Assembly: GCA_965263355.1 (NCBI GenBank)
Contig: CBDHHL010000032.1
Span: 1,344,001 to 1,408,000, forward strand
Source: Leptolyngbyaceae cyanobacterium
Lineage (GTDB): Bacteria > Cyanobacteriota > Cyanobacteriia > Phormidesmidales > Phormidesmidaceae
Direction: 5' to 3'
DNA length: 64,000 bases
The position numbers and the translations under genes are program-made. The notes under the pieces were generated by a model. That model was not told where the DNA came from. It saw only the letters and a program-made list of their open reading frames with translations, and did no database searches. Of the stretch, positions 22,054 to 31,755 are shown in pieces; position 1 is the first letter of the stretch; every line of letters begins with the position of its first letter.

Positions 22054-23247
22054 TTGAAGACGATAGAAGTCATGAGAGCTGAAGTTGCCCCATCGAACGT
22101 ATTTGTTTACGAACTGGATAAAAAGATTCAGTATGCTAAACATGAGCAACTGACTGGCATTCTAGCGATCAAAAGTGACATTATTCACCAGTGGCGCTTA
22201 TATTTTTTAGCCGGACAACTGGTATGGGCAAATACGAACTTTCATCCAAAACGTCGTTGGTATCGCCAGCTATTGCAACATCGAGCTGATTTGCGTAAGC
22301 ATGGTCTAAGTACAGATCCCGCTGACTGGACGTATCATCGACTGGCACGGTTAGTTATCTGTAAAAAAGTCAATCGGCAACTCTTCTCGGATATTGTAGC
22401 TGGGTGCATTTCAGAGGTTTTGTTTGATCTCCAACAGCAGGTAACGCTAAATTGCCAACAAACCAGGAAAGGCTTGACTTATCATATTAAGGCTCAAAAA
22501 GCCTGTGAGTCTTCCTGTATAAATCTGCAAAATATTGGTCTGTGGGTTCAGGCTAAGCGTGAATGGCACGCATGGAAAGAAGTCGGGTTCACCCAGATAA
22601 GCCCTGCCGATGCTTTGGTAATCAAGGATTTGGCAACTCTCGAAGATCTGGCACCGCCAAGGCTCTTCAAGTTTTTGAGTGGGTTAGCCGATGGTCGCCA
22701 AACCCTGAGAGATTTAGCCCTGAAGGCCAATCAACCCCTGATACCATTTGTGCAATCACTTTTGCCACACATCCACAATCAGGCATTGAAGCTAAAATCT
22801 GTAGACGACAAAATCACTAAGTCGGTCATTTCAACTCCAGATAACATTTCTGTTAAGCTAGCCCAAACTAAGATTCCGAAGGATGCCAGGATTGTTTATG
22901 TTGACAACAATTTGGCCGATAGTCAGAAAATGGCAACCATTATTAAATCGGCAGGCTATCGCTACACCAATATTGCCGATCCGCTTGAGGTGCTAAAAAA
23001 GCTGGTTAAGCTCAAGCCAAAGGCGATTTTTTTGAACTTAATGATGCCTGTAGTAAACGGCTATGAGCTGTGCGCTCAAATTCGACGCATATCAGACTTT
23101 AAAGAGACGCCTATCGTGATGGTGGCTGATGGACATAGTATTACTGACAGGGTGCGCGCCAAGATGGTTGGAGCATCAGAGGTTTTGAGTAAGCCTATTA
23201 AGCCGAAGAATGTACTCAAGACTTTAATTATGCTTGAAATGATTTGA
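22054..23247 (+). CDS. PatA-type response regulator (PATAN/DUF4388 plus atypical receiver)
   Basis: QLTGILAI...WRLYFLAGQLVWA; C-terminal REC MMPVVNGYELCAQIRRISDFKETPIV...RAKMVGA. Confidence 0.85.
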   Translation: MKTIEVMRAEVAPSNVFVYELDKKIQYAKHEQLTGILAIKSDIIHQWRLYFLAGQLVWANTNFHPKRRWYRQLLQHRADLRKHGLSTDPADWTYHRLARLVICKKVNRQLFSDIVAGCISEVLFDLQQQVTLNCQQTRKGLTYHIKAQKACESSCINLQNIGLWVQAKREWHAWKEVGFTQISPADALVIKDLATLEDLAPPRLFKFLSGLADGRQTLRDLALKANQPLIPFVQSLLPHIHNQALKLKSVDDKITKSVISTPDNISVKLAQTKIPKDARIVYVDNNLADSQKMATIIKSAGYRYTNIADPLEVLKKLVKLKPKAIFLNLMMPVVNGYELCAQIRRISDFKETPIVMVADGHSITDRVRAKMVGASEVLSKPIKPKNVLKTLIMLEMI

Positions 23248-23384
23248 CAAGAGTCAATGCATGAGATCTCTCCAAAGATCCGTCAGCTCAACTAACAGGA
23301 TATCGGGCAAAAATTTAGTTTACCCTTTTACCTTAGAGATAGTTAGGAATTAACTAGCTTCATTCTGTTCCATATGTGTACTTC

Positions 23385-23658
23385 CTAAGGCTGTGCTTGA
23401 AGTATAAAAAGGTTACGAACGGTTCGGTTTACAAAACTCAGATAATCGTCAATCTCTTCATAGCTATCCAACTCATGTTCCTCGTCCTGATTAAGTGGAG
23501 TTTCCTTTTGCTTAAACAAAAGCTCTTCAATGCGAGTTTGAACGTTACTAGATACACGAAAAATAGGGATGCCTTCCTCTAGTTCAATACGAACTGCTCC
23601 GTCAATAGGCAAAGTCCCCTGGTAGGCTATGTAATTTTGGCAAAACAGGCAGTGTCAT
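23385..23658 (-). pseudogene. Small conserved hypothetical (antitoxin-like helical) protein, probably frameshifted near its 5' end
   Basis: ATG at 23658 (MTLPVLPKLHSLPG) is 1 nt out of frame with ...PIDGAVRIELEEG...EEHELDSYEEIDDYLS; G4 run near 23617-23620. Confidence 0.5.
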
Positions 23659-23813
23659 GGCTATATCTTAAATAGCTTTGATAAATTATAGCGCTGGCAT
23701 TCAAGCCCAGTCGCCTAAATACATTTGCCTATCCTTAAAAAAATTGCTCCATGCCCAACTTCTAAGGCAGAATGACGAGAGCGTAATCAATTCCCTTAGT
23801 TTTTTCCTGCACC

Positions 23814-26729
23814 GTGACTGATCCCAAAAGCGCCGACGCTAAGAGCTATAAGGACACTGTTCTACTGCCCAAGACCGACTTTAGTATGCGGGCCAACGCC
23901 GTTAAGCGCGAGCCAGAGCTGCAGGCATTTTGGGATGACAGCAAAATTTATCAAACCCTGTCCCAGGAAAATTCAGGGGAGGTGTTTGTGCTCCACGATG
24001 GGCCGCCCTATGCCAATGGCAACCTCCACATGGGCCATGCCCTGAATAAGGTGCTGAAGGATATTATCAATAAGTATCAGCTATTGCGCGATCGCAAAGT
24101 CCGCTACGTCCCCGGTTGGGATTGCCACGGCCTACCCATCGAACTAAAAGTACTGCAAACCATTGACCGCAAAGAGCGTGCTAACCTCTCCCCGCTAGAA
24201 CTACGCCAAAAAGCCAAGGAATTTGCCCTAGAAACCGTCGAAAAACAAGCAAAGGGCTTCCGTCGCTTTGGCGTCTGGGGCGACTGGGAACACCCCTACA
24301 TGACCCTGCAGCCAGAATACGAAGCCGCTCAGCTCGACGTCTTTGGCCAGATGGTACATAAGGGTTACATCTACCGAGGGCTAAAGTCCGTCCACTGGAG
24401 TCCATCGTCTCAAACCGCCCTGGCCGAAGCTGAACTGGAATATCCCGAAGGTCACACCTCTCCCAGTATCTACGTGGGCTTCCCCATGGTGAGTGCATCA
24501 GACAGTGCCAAGGATGCCTTAGCCCCTTATATGGATAACCTGGGCGTCGCTATCTGGACCACTACGCCCTGGACCATTCCTGCCAATGTGGCCGTTGCCG
24601 TCAACTCAGAACTGACCTACACCGTTGTTGAGGTGGCTTCCGGGGCTCCTTACCAGTATCTAATCGTCGGTAAGGACCTGATTGAAACCCTGGCCAATAC
24701 CTTTGACGCCGAACTGACCGCCAAGGTAGACATCAAAGGTGCAGACCTGGCTGGGTCCACCTACCATCACCCGCTCCACAGCAAAGAAGACACCTTTAAT
24801 CGAGAGAGCCCCATTGTGATTGGTGGCGACTATATCACGACTGAATCCGGTACCGGCCTAGTGCACACAGCCCCCGGTCACGGGATGGAAGACTTTGGCG
24901 TTGGGCAGAAATATGGCCTACCGATCCTTTGTCCCGTAGATGAGCGCGGGACGTACACCGCTGAAGCAGGCAGCTTTGAAGGATTAAACGTTCTAAAAAC
25001 TGCAAACGAAGAACTGATCAATGCCCTGACTGAGTCGAATACGCTGCTCAAGCATGAACCTTATGTCCACAAGTATCCCTACGACTGGCGCACCAAAAAA
25101 CCCACCATCTTTCGGGCGACCGAGCAATGGTTTGCCTCGGTAGAAGGGTTCCGAGACGACGCCCTAAAGGCAATCTCCGATGTGCAGTGGATTCCAGCCC
25201 AGGGTGAAAACCGCATCACTCCCATGGTGGGCGACCGGTCTGACTGGTGTATCTCTCGTCAGCGCAACTGGGGTGTGCCCATTCCAGCCTTCTACGATGA
25301 AGAGACTGGTGAGGTACTAATGAACCAGGAAACCATCGCCCATGTGCGAGAGATTTTCGCTGAGCATGGGTCCGATGCCTGGTGGAGTATGTCTGTTGAA
25401 GAGTTGTTGCCTGAACGTTATCGCAACGACGGGCAAACCTATAAGCGCGGTTTCGACACCATGGATGTGTGGTTTGATTCCGGGTCTTCCTGGGCGGCGG
25501 TGGCTGACCAGCGAGACGCGTTGAAGTATCCGGTGGATCTGTACCTGGAAGGGTCTGACCAGCACCGGGGTTGGTTCCAATCTAGTCTGTTAACTAGCGT
25601 CGCCACCCATGGCTATGCGCCCTACAAAACCGTTCTCACCCATGGGTTTGCCCTGGATGAAAAAGGTCGCAAGATGAGTAAGTCCATCGGTAATGTGGTA
25701 GACCCCTACGAGATTATTGAAGGGGGCAAAAACAAAAAGCAAGATCCGCCCTACGGTGCCGATGTACTACGTTTGTGGGTCTCTTCAGTAGATTATTCGT
25801 CTGATGTTCCCATTGGTAAGACTATTCTCAAACAGCTGGCAGATATCTACCGCAAGATTCGTAATACGGCGCGATTTTTGTTAGGGAACTTGCATGACTA
25901 TGATCCAGACAAGGATGCGGTGCCCTACGATCAGCTACCTTCCCTCGACCAATACATGCTACACCGCATGACAGAGATTTTTGCGGAGGTGGAATCTGCC
26001 TTTGATACCTACCAGTTCTTCAAGTTTTTCCAGACGGTGCAAAACTTTTGTGTGGTGGATCTCTCCAACTTCTATTTGGATATTGCCAAAGATCGTTTGT
26101 ACATCAGCGATGCAGCGTCTTTACGACGGCGCAGTTGCCAAACTGTTCTGGCAGTTGCTCTGGAGAATTTAGCCAAGTCTGTTGCTCCGGTGTTATGCCA
26201 TATGGCCGAGGATATCTGGCAGTTTATGCCCTATGAAACTGGCACCAACTCTGTTTTTGCAGCGGGTTGGGTAACGATTGATCCTCAATGGAAAAAGCCA
26301 GAACTGGCAGATACCTGGAACCAGTTGCGAGAGCTGCGGGATGAGGTGAACAAGGTACTGGAACAGGCGCGCTCTGCAAAAGAGATTGGTTCATCGTTAG
26401 AAGCCAAGGCTCTGATTTATATTGCTGATACCCAGCTCAAAGAACAATTAGCAGTGATGAACCCCAGTGATGCTGTGGCGGAGGGCTCCAGTCATGTGGA
26501 TGAGGCGCGATATCTCTTTTTAGTCTCTCAGGTGGAGATTTTGGACAGTGCAGATGGGCTAAAAGATATAAAGTATCGCAGTGAGTCCGATGCGTTTGGT
26601 ATCGGCATTGTAGATGCGGATGGGAAGAAGTGCGATCGCTGCTGGAACTACTCCACCCATGTAGGCGAATCAGCAGAGCATGAAACCATTTGCGAGCGTT
26701 GTGTAGATGCCTTAGCGGGCAAATTCTAA
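23814..26729 (+). CDS. ileS: Isoleucine--tRNA ligase
   Basis: HDGPPYANGNLHMGH; WTTTPWT; KMSKS; C-terminal CDRCW..CERC zinc finger. Confidence 0.98.
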   Translation: MTDPKSADAKSYKDTVLLPKTDFSMRANAVKREPELQAFWDDSKIYQTLSQENSGEVFVLHDGPPYANGNLHMGHALNKVLKDIINKYQLLRDRKVRYVPGWDCHGLPIELKVLQTIDRKERANLSPLELRQKAKEFALETVEKQAKGFRRFGVWGDWEHPYMTLQPEYEAAQLDVFGQMVHKGYIYRGLKSVHWSPSSQTALAEAELEYPEGHTSPSIYVGFPMVSASDSAKDALAPYMDNLGVAIWTTTPWTIPANVAVAVNSELTYTVVEVASGAPYQYLIVGKDLIETLANTFDAELTAKVDIKGADLAGSTYHHPLHSKEDTFNRESPIVIGGDYITTESGTGLVHTAPGHGMEDFGVGQKYGLPILCPVDERGTYTAEAGSFEGLNVLKTANEELINALTESNTLLKHEPYVHKYPYDWRTKKPTIFRATEQWFASVEGFRDDALKAISDVQWIPAQGENRITPMVGDRSDWCISRQRNWGVPIPAFYDEETGEVLMNQETIAHVREIFAEHGSDAWWSMSVEELLPERYRNDGQTYKRGFDTMDVWFDSGSSWAAVADQRDALKYPVDLYLEGSDQHRGWFQSSLLTSVATHGYAPYKTVLTHGFALDEKGRKMSKSIGNVVDPYEIIEGGKNKKQDPPYGADVLRLWVSSVDYSSDVPIGKTILKQLADIYRKIRNTARFLLGNLHDYDPDKDAVPYDQLPSLDQYMLHRMTEIFAEVESAFDTYQFFKFFQTVQNFCVVDLSNFYLDIAKDRLYISDAASLRRRSCQTVLAVALENLAKSVAPVLCHMAEDIWQFMPYETGTNSVFAAGWVTIDPQWKKPELADTWNQLRELRDEVNKVLEQARSAKEIGSSLEAKALIYIADTQLKEQLAVMNPSDAVAEGSSHVDEARYLFLVSQVEILDSADGLKDIKYRSESDAFGIGIVDADGKKCDRCWNYSTHVGESAEHETICERCVDALAGKF

Positions 26730-26772
26730 CCCTGAGCTAGGATCAGCCATAGTCCTGTCAACTTGACTGTAG

Positions 26773-27366
26773 ATGCCGTATAGCAAATTCAGCTTACAGA
26801 AAGTACAGCAAGAGTTTGGCCTCATTATCCATGAAGCCATCCATTTTTTACCACAATTGCCTACCGTCTCGCCGGATTCCCTATTAACTGCAACATTGGC
26901 AGATAGTCTTCCCTTAGCCCTGGCCCAGGGAAATGAGAAGGCACGTAGCGAATGGATTATTAATCCAATTTTGACGGCAGTACGGCGATTGGCCAATACC
27001 AAAGTCAGCGTATTCTCGGGCAAAGAGTTTAACGTTGATTCAGAGCGCGACCTGGTGGGTTATGTGGATTTTTTGATTGCCCGCTCCCCCAGGTTGCTAG
27101 TGTTAGAATCGCCTGTGGTGATGATGGTGGAGGCAAAGCCAGAAAATCTAAATGCAGGTTTAGGCCAGTGCTCTGCTGAAATGGTAGCCGCACAAATTTT
27201 TAATCAACAGCCGGAAAAAACAATTTATGGCTGTGTTACTAACGGTGAACTCTGGAAATTCCTTAAACTTCAGGGAACAGAGTTGACCATTGATTTAGAA
27301 GCCTATAGCCTGGAGCCGCTGGAACGCTTACTGGGTATCTTGATTTATTTAGCCTGTGAGGGCTAA
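26773..27366 (+). CDS. Cyanobacterial hypothetical protein, PD-(D/E)XK-like
   Basis: NEKARSEWIINP; VDFL...VEAK..NLNAGLGQC; YGCVTNGELWKF. Paralogous to 46212-46712. Confidence 0.7.
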   Translation: MPYSKFSLQKVQQEFGLIIHEAIHFLPQLPTVSPDSLLTATLADSLPLALAQGNEKARSEWIINPILTAVRRLANTKVSVFSGKEFNVDSERDLVGYVDFLIARSPRLLVLESPVVMMVEAKPENLNAGLGQCSAEMVAAQIFNQQPEKTIYGCVTNGELWKFLKLQGTELTIDLEAYSLEPLERLLGILIYLACEG

Positions 27367-27391
27367 CTATTTGCGACTGGAACTCTTCCAC

Positions 27392-27997
27392 TTACCAAAC
27401 TTGAGCCATAGGCAATGTAAAACCTGGTAGTTCTGGATCACCGCTAACAGCATCAGGATTTTCAAGTATCTGAGAAGCTTGATTAGGGCGATAAACATAA
27501 ACTGTATGATTCTTACGATCAATTAACCACCCCAGCGATACGCCATTATCCATATATTCCTGCATCTTGGTTTGCAGGCCAGTCAGAGTATCACTGGCCG
27601 ATCGTCGTTCAATGACAAAATCAGGCGAGATCGGGGCAAAGGATGCCTTTTCTTCTTCGGTCAAGGTATTCCAGCGTTCTAATTTAATCCAGGCTGCACC
27701 GGGTGAACGAGTTGCACCATTGGATAATGTAAACCCTGAGCTAGAGTCAAAACCTAACCCGGTAGCATCCTGTTGGGTCCATATCCAAAGAGAGGCGGCT
27801 AAATTAAAGTTACGGTTCCCAGTATCTGAAAATGCGGGTGGCATAATCACCACATCCCCTGTGGCTGTACGTTCAATGCATAAATCCCGATTGGCCTGAC
27901 AAAAGGCGTAAAATTCATCGCGGGTCATGGGAGCAGCCGTGGGTAGCGAAACGGTTAAGGGAGTTGTTTCCGTTTGGATGCGTAGGGTCGTTGTCAT
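27392..27997 (-). CDS. Uma2-family endonuclease
   Basis: ERTATGDVVIMPP; FDSSSGFTL; PDFVIE; KMQEYMDNGVSLGWLID. Confidence 0.9.
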   Translation of the reverse strand: MTTTLRIQTETTPLTVSLPTAAPMTRDEFYAFCQANRDLCIERTATGDVVIMPPAFSDTGNRNFNLAASLWIWTQQDATGLGFDSSSGFTLSNGATRSPGAAWIKLERWNTLTEEEKASFAPISPDFVIERRSASDTLTGLQTKMQEYMDNGVSLGWLIDRKNHTVYVYRPNQASQILENPDAVSGDPELPGFTLPMAQVW

Positions 27998-28111
27998 TGC
28001 TATGGTCCCTTATGCCAAGCGATACCGTTGCTTAGATTCTAGCGTCTCCACAGGAGTGCCTTCAACACGAACAGCATAATGCTGATGCAGACGATTGGTA
28101 AAATAACTGGT

Positions 28112-28339
28112 TAGGGGCTAGCAGCCAAATAAAATACCAGCTTGAAAATATGCTTCAGACTTTCCTCACCTTAAGAAGGGGAGGTGCCGTAGGCGGAGGG
28201 GTTTTGACCGATAACGCTAACTGTCAATAACCCCCTGTAAGTCCCCCTAAGCCCTCTGGGCAGGCTTCGCCAACGTAAGGGGGACAGCAGATCTCAAACA
28301 TGTTTCAAAACGGTACATTATTTTCAGGCAGACGCCTTA
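28112..28339. mobile_element. MITE-like small dispersed element with nested palindromes
   Basis: TA at both ends; ~60-bp imperfect TIRs (AAATAAAATACCAGCTTGAAAATATG vs AAATAATGTACCGTTTTGAAACATG); internal GTCCCCCT...AGGGGGAC stem. Confidence 0.6.
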
Positions 28340-28420
28340 CAATACGATTTATCAAATATTGGTGTGCTAACCCCTACGAGATAATCTCCTTTAGGAGCAC
28401 TAACTACAACTGGTCGAACT

Positions 28421-29023
28421 GTGGATATTCAAATTCGTGAATCAACGTCTGACGATCTTGAGAAAATAATAGAATTACAGACTATTGCCCTAAAAACGTT
28501 ATCAGTCAGTTATAACGCGGCTCAGATTGCGTCTCTGATTCGCAGTCAAACCTCCTGGAGATATTCACAAGACGAGTTATCTGTCGTAGCAGAACAAAAC
28601 CGTCGTATTATCGGCGTTGCCTCTCTTCTTGTTCTACAAGAAAGGATCAGTGGCGTCTATGTTCATCCAGATTTTATGCGTCAGAACATAGGCTCTCAAC
28701 TGCTTAAGCATATAGAGGATATTGCCATTGAGAAAGAATGCAAAACCATTTATGTCACCTCATCATTAGACACCGTCGATTTTTATGAGGCTAATGATTA
28801 CAAAAGGATTCGTCCTTCAGGTTTTTATTCGGAACGACGAGTCTGGATACCGTGCATCAATTTAGAGAAACAACTGATTGATGCACCAAGATTTAAAAAA
28901 ATCTTGCAGTATATTGTTTCTCGACTAAGGCCAGTTTTGTTATTTATTGCAGTTACAGCTGTGGTAGCTTTCGTATTAATTACCGTACTCTATATATTCA
29001 GCGTGGTTTTCAATGTATTATAG
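28421..29023 (+). CDS. GNAT-family N-acetyltransferase with C-terminal TM helix
   Basis: VYVHPDFMRQNIGSQLL; VDFYEANDY. Confidence 0.85.
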   Translation: MDIQIRESTSDDLEKIIELQTIALKTLSVSYNAAQIASLIRSQTSWRYSQDELSVVAEQNRRIIGVASLLVLQERISGVYVHPDFMRQNIGSQLLKHIEDIAIEKECKTIYVTSSLDTVDFYEANDYKRIRPSGFYSERRVWIPCINLEKQLIDAPRFKKILQYIVSRLRPVLLFIAVTAVVAFVLITVLYIFSVVFNVL

Positions 29024-29180
29024 ATAAACTCAGTATAAAAACGCTCTGATGGCTCAGGCCTTTTGGTTTTTATAACTTTTATAAGATTTTTGCGTCTAAA
29101 ATTTCGAATTTCTATGTTTAACCCCTGACCTATCAAGATAGACAGGCTATAGTAATGGCGAACTCTCCCATGCCCTATCA

Positions 29181-30281
29181 ATGCGTAAAGTTCTATTTCT
29201 TGCTTCTAATCCTAAGGATACGGGTCGTCTTCGATTAGACCAGGAACTGCGGGAAATTGATGAAGGGCTTAAACGAGCCAGTCGTCGGGATGACTTTCAA
29301 CTGGCTCAGCGGTTAGCTGTGCGCCCACGAGATTTTCAGCGGGCTATGCTAGATGAAACGCCACAGATTGTCCATTTTTCTGGCCATGGTGCAGGCGCAG
29401 ACGGTATTTGTGTGGAGGGGCCAACGGGTGAGGTTCAGTTAGTCACTGGTGAAGCTCTGGCAAATTTATTTGAGCTTTTTTCAGATAGTTTAGAGTGCGT
29501 GGTTTTGAATGGGTGTTATTCAGAACTACAGGCAGAAGAGATTAAGGCCCATGTTCCCTATGTGATTGGGATGAATCAGACGGTGGGAGATACGGCAGCC
29601 ATTGAGTTTGCTGTGGGGTTTTATGATGCCTTAGGTGCTGGGCAATCGGTTGAAAAGGCATTCAAATTTGGCTGTGTGGCGATGACCATGGCCGGTACTG
29701 GGGAGCAGCATAAGCCTATCTTACTCAAAGGTACTGCTATGGTTACAAAATCGACTCAAGCTGAAAGCAGTGCTTCTGGTCAAGTAAATTCAGTCGCTGA
29801 ATCGAAGCCAGAACCTGCGGTATCTATGAAAAAAGATGCTCTGGAAGTATTTTTCTCCTACGCCCATGAGGATGAAAAGTTGCGGGATAGGCTAGCCACG
29901 CATTTAAAACTATTGGAACGACAAAAGGTGATTTCGGCCTGGTATGACCGGGATATTACAGCTGGGGATGAGTGGAAAACAGAGCTTTTAGAGCAGTTGG
30001 AGCGGGCTGATATTATATTGTTGCTAATTAGCTCAGATTTTCTGGCTTCAGATTTTTGTTGGGGTGTGGAGCTAGAGCGGGCTATGAAACGACACACTGA
30101 AAAATCGACCTGTGTGATTCCGATTATTTTGCGGGATGTTGACTGGACAAGTGCACCTTTTGCCAAGTTGCAGGCGTTACCGAAAAATGCGGAGCCAGTA
30201 ACTAACTGGACAAACCAGGATCAGGCATTTACGGATATTGCTAAGGGCATTCGTAAAGTAGCTGAACGTCTAAAAAAGTAG
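29181..30281 (+). CDS. CHAT-domain plus TIR-domain protein
   Basis: KVLFLASNP..LRLDQE; IVHFSGHG; VVLNGCYS (His/Cys dyad); VFFSYAHED; LLISSDFLAS.FCWGVEL. Confidence 0.9.
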   Translation: MRKVLFLASNPKDTGRLRLDQELREIDEGLKRASRRDDFQLAQRLAVRPRDFQRAMLDETPQIVHFSGHGAGADGICVEGPTGEVQLVTGEALANLFELFSDSLECVVLNGCYSELQAEEIKAHVPYVIGMNQTVGDTAAIEFAVGFYDALGAGQSVEKAFKFGCVAMTMAGTGEQHKPILLKGTAMVTKSTQAESSASGQVNSVAESKPEPAVSMKKDALEVFFSYAHEDEKLRDRLATHLKLLERQKVISAWYDRDITAGDEWKTELLEQLERADIILLLISSDFLASDFCWGVELERAMKRHTEKSTCVIPIILRDVDWTSAPFAKLQALPKNAEPVTNWTNQDQAFTDIAKGIRKVAERLKK

Positions 30282-30326
30282 ATGCCCCAGAGACTAGAGA
30301 GGGTACTGAGACAGTGCCCATGGGGG
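30272..30326 (+). promoter_or_regulatory. Candidate -1 programmed ribosomal frameshift signal (A_AAA_AAG plus downstream stem-loop)
   Basis: Heptamer at 30272-30278 in the correct phase just before TAG; the -1 frame is open into the NB-ARC ORF; stems CCCCA/TGGGG and GGGTACTG/CAGTGCCC. Confidence 0.6.
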
Positions 30327-31151
30327 AGTTGCTTAATGTGCCTACATTGCCGGATAACTTTTTATCTAGACCAGAGGACTTGGCGGCGCTGAAGCTGCAA
30401 ATATTGGGCCAATCGCAGCAGGCTGTTGCCGTAACGGGTAAAGCCGTTGGTGGTGGCAATGTCAGCATTCAGGGGATGGGAGGTATTGGCAAGTCGGTAT
30501 TGGCAACGGCACTGGTGCGAGATGAGGCGGTACGTTGTGCTTATCCGCATGGATTGTTTTGGGTTACGCCAATTATTGTTTGACTATAACTGGCTGCAGG
30601 CGCAGCTAAACGCTAATGGTATCAATGGCCTGCTGGCGGACTATGACTGGCTCACTGATGACAAGACTCTCAGACTGTTGCAGAGTACATTGCGATTGTC
30701 GGCTCATGTGTTGACTACGAAACCACAACAGCTTAACCAGAGGCTTTGGGGACACCTGAGAGATAGACAACAACCAGACGTTGACAGCTTGTTAAATCAG
30801 GGTGCTGCGCAACAACAGTCTATATGGCTGCGGCCCCAGAAAGTCAACCTGACAGCTCCTGATGGGCCAATGATCCGCACCCTGGAAGGTAGACAACAAC
30901 CAGACGTTGACATAGCTCCAGGGTCCAGGGTCAATTCAGTGGTGATGAGTGCTGATGGCAGCCTCGCCCTCTCCGGCTCTGACGACAATACGTTGAAGCT
31001 GTGGGGTCTGACCACAGGCAAGTGCTTAGCTACCTTCTGTAGCGATCATCCATTCTATTCCTGTGCCCTGTCTGCCGATGGTAGCACCATTGTTGCTGGC
31101 GATGCGGCAGGCACTGTGCATTTCTTTTCTGTTATTGAGCCTGGCAACTAA
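30314..31151 (+). pseudogene. NB-ARC / APAF-1-helical / WD40 (NLR-like STAND) gene collapsed by internal deletions
   Basis: VPTLPDNFLSR; P-loop GMGGIGKS; GLFWVT, then a frame jump to LLFDYNWLQ..LLADYD; only about 2 WD40 repeats remain (SGSDDNTLKLW; AGDAAGTVHF). Confidence 0.85.
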
Positions 31152-31755
31152 ACGTTTGTCATATTTGGTGTTTAGGTTAAGACCGAGTGAGGAAGAAATG
31201 AAGAAGAAAACAATAGCAGGGTAACAGCTAGGAATAGCCCAGTACGTTGGCTTATAGGACGGCGTTCCGGCCCTGCCCATAGGGAAACCCAATAAGCCTA
31301 AATTGCAAACCTTGTTGTTTCCAGAAAAGGAACTCGGAGGATTACCCCTACAAGATGATCTAATTTTGAATCAGGTTGAAGAAATTAGGATTTCACCTAG
31401 CACAAATCAAAATTTCACAAAAAGGACTGTAATCACAGATATTTTGGGCTTTAAACATAAAATCCACAATTATTGTGTCTTTATGTTAAGTGACCGTAGA
31501 ACTTGCCATAGATAGGTGTTCACATATCAATTCTATTTTTATTCTTAAGTGAAAAGCACAGGTGTTAAACATCGACCCATGAAGTACGTAAAAAGTTTCA
31601 TATACATTACGTAAAGACAGCGTGGTGAAAGCCTGGTTGCCAATAGTCTTTACAGTCTGCACTTAGGTCATTTCTTAAAGTCCTGAAATGCCCTCATCAA
31701 ACTTATATTACCTACCCAACTAATAAATATGCTGACGCTTACTTGTATCGATGAT

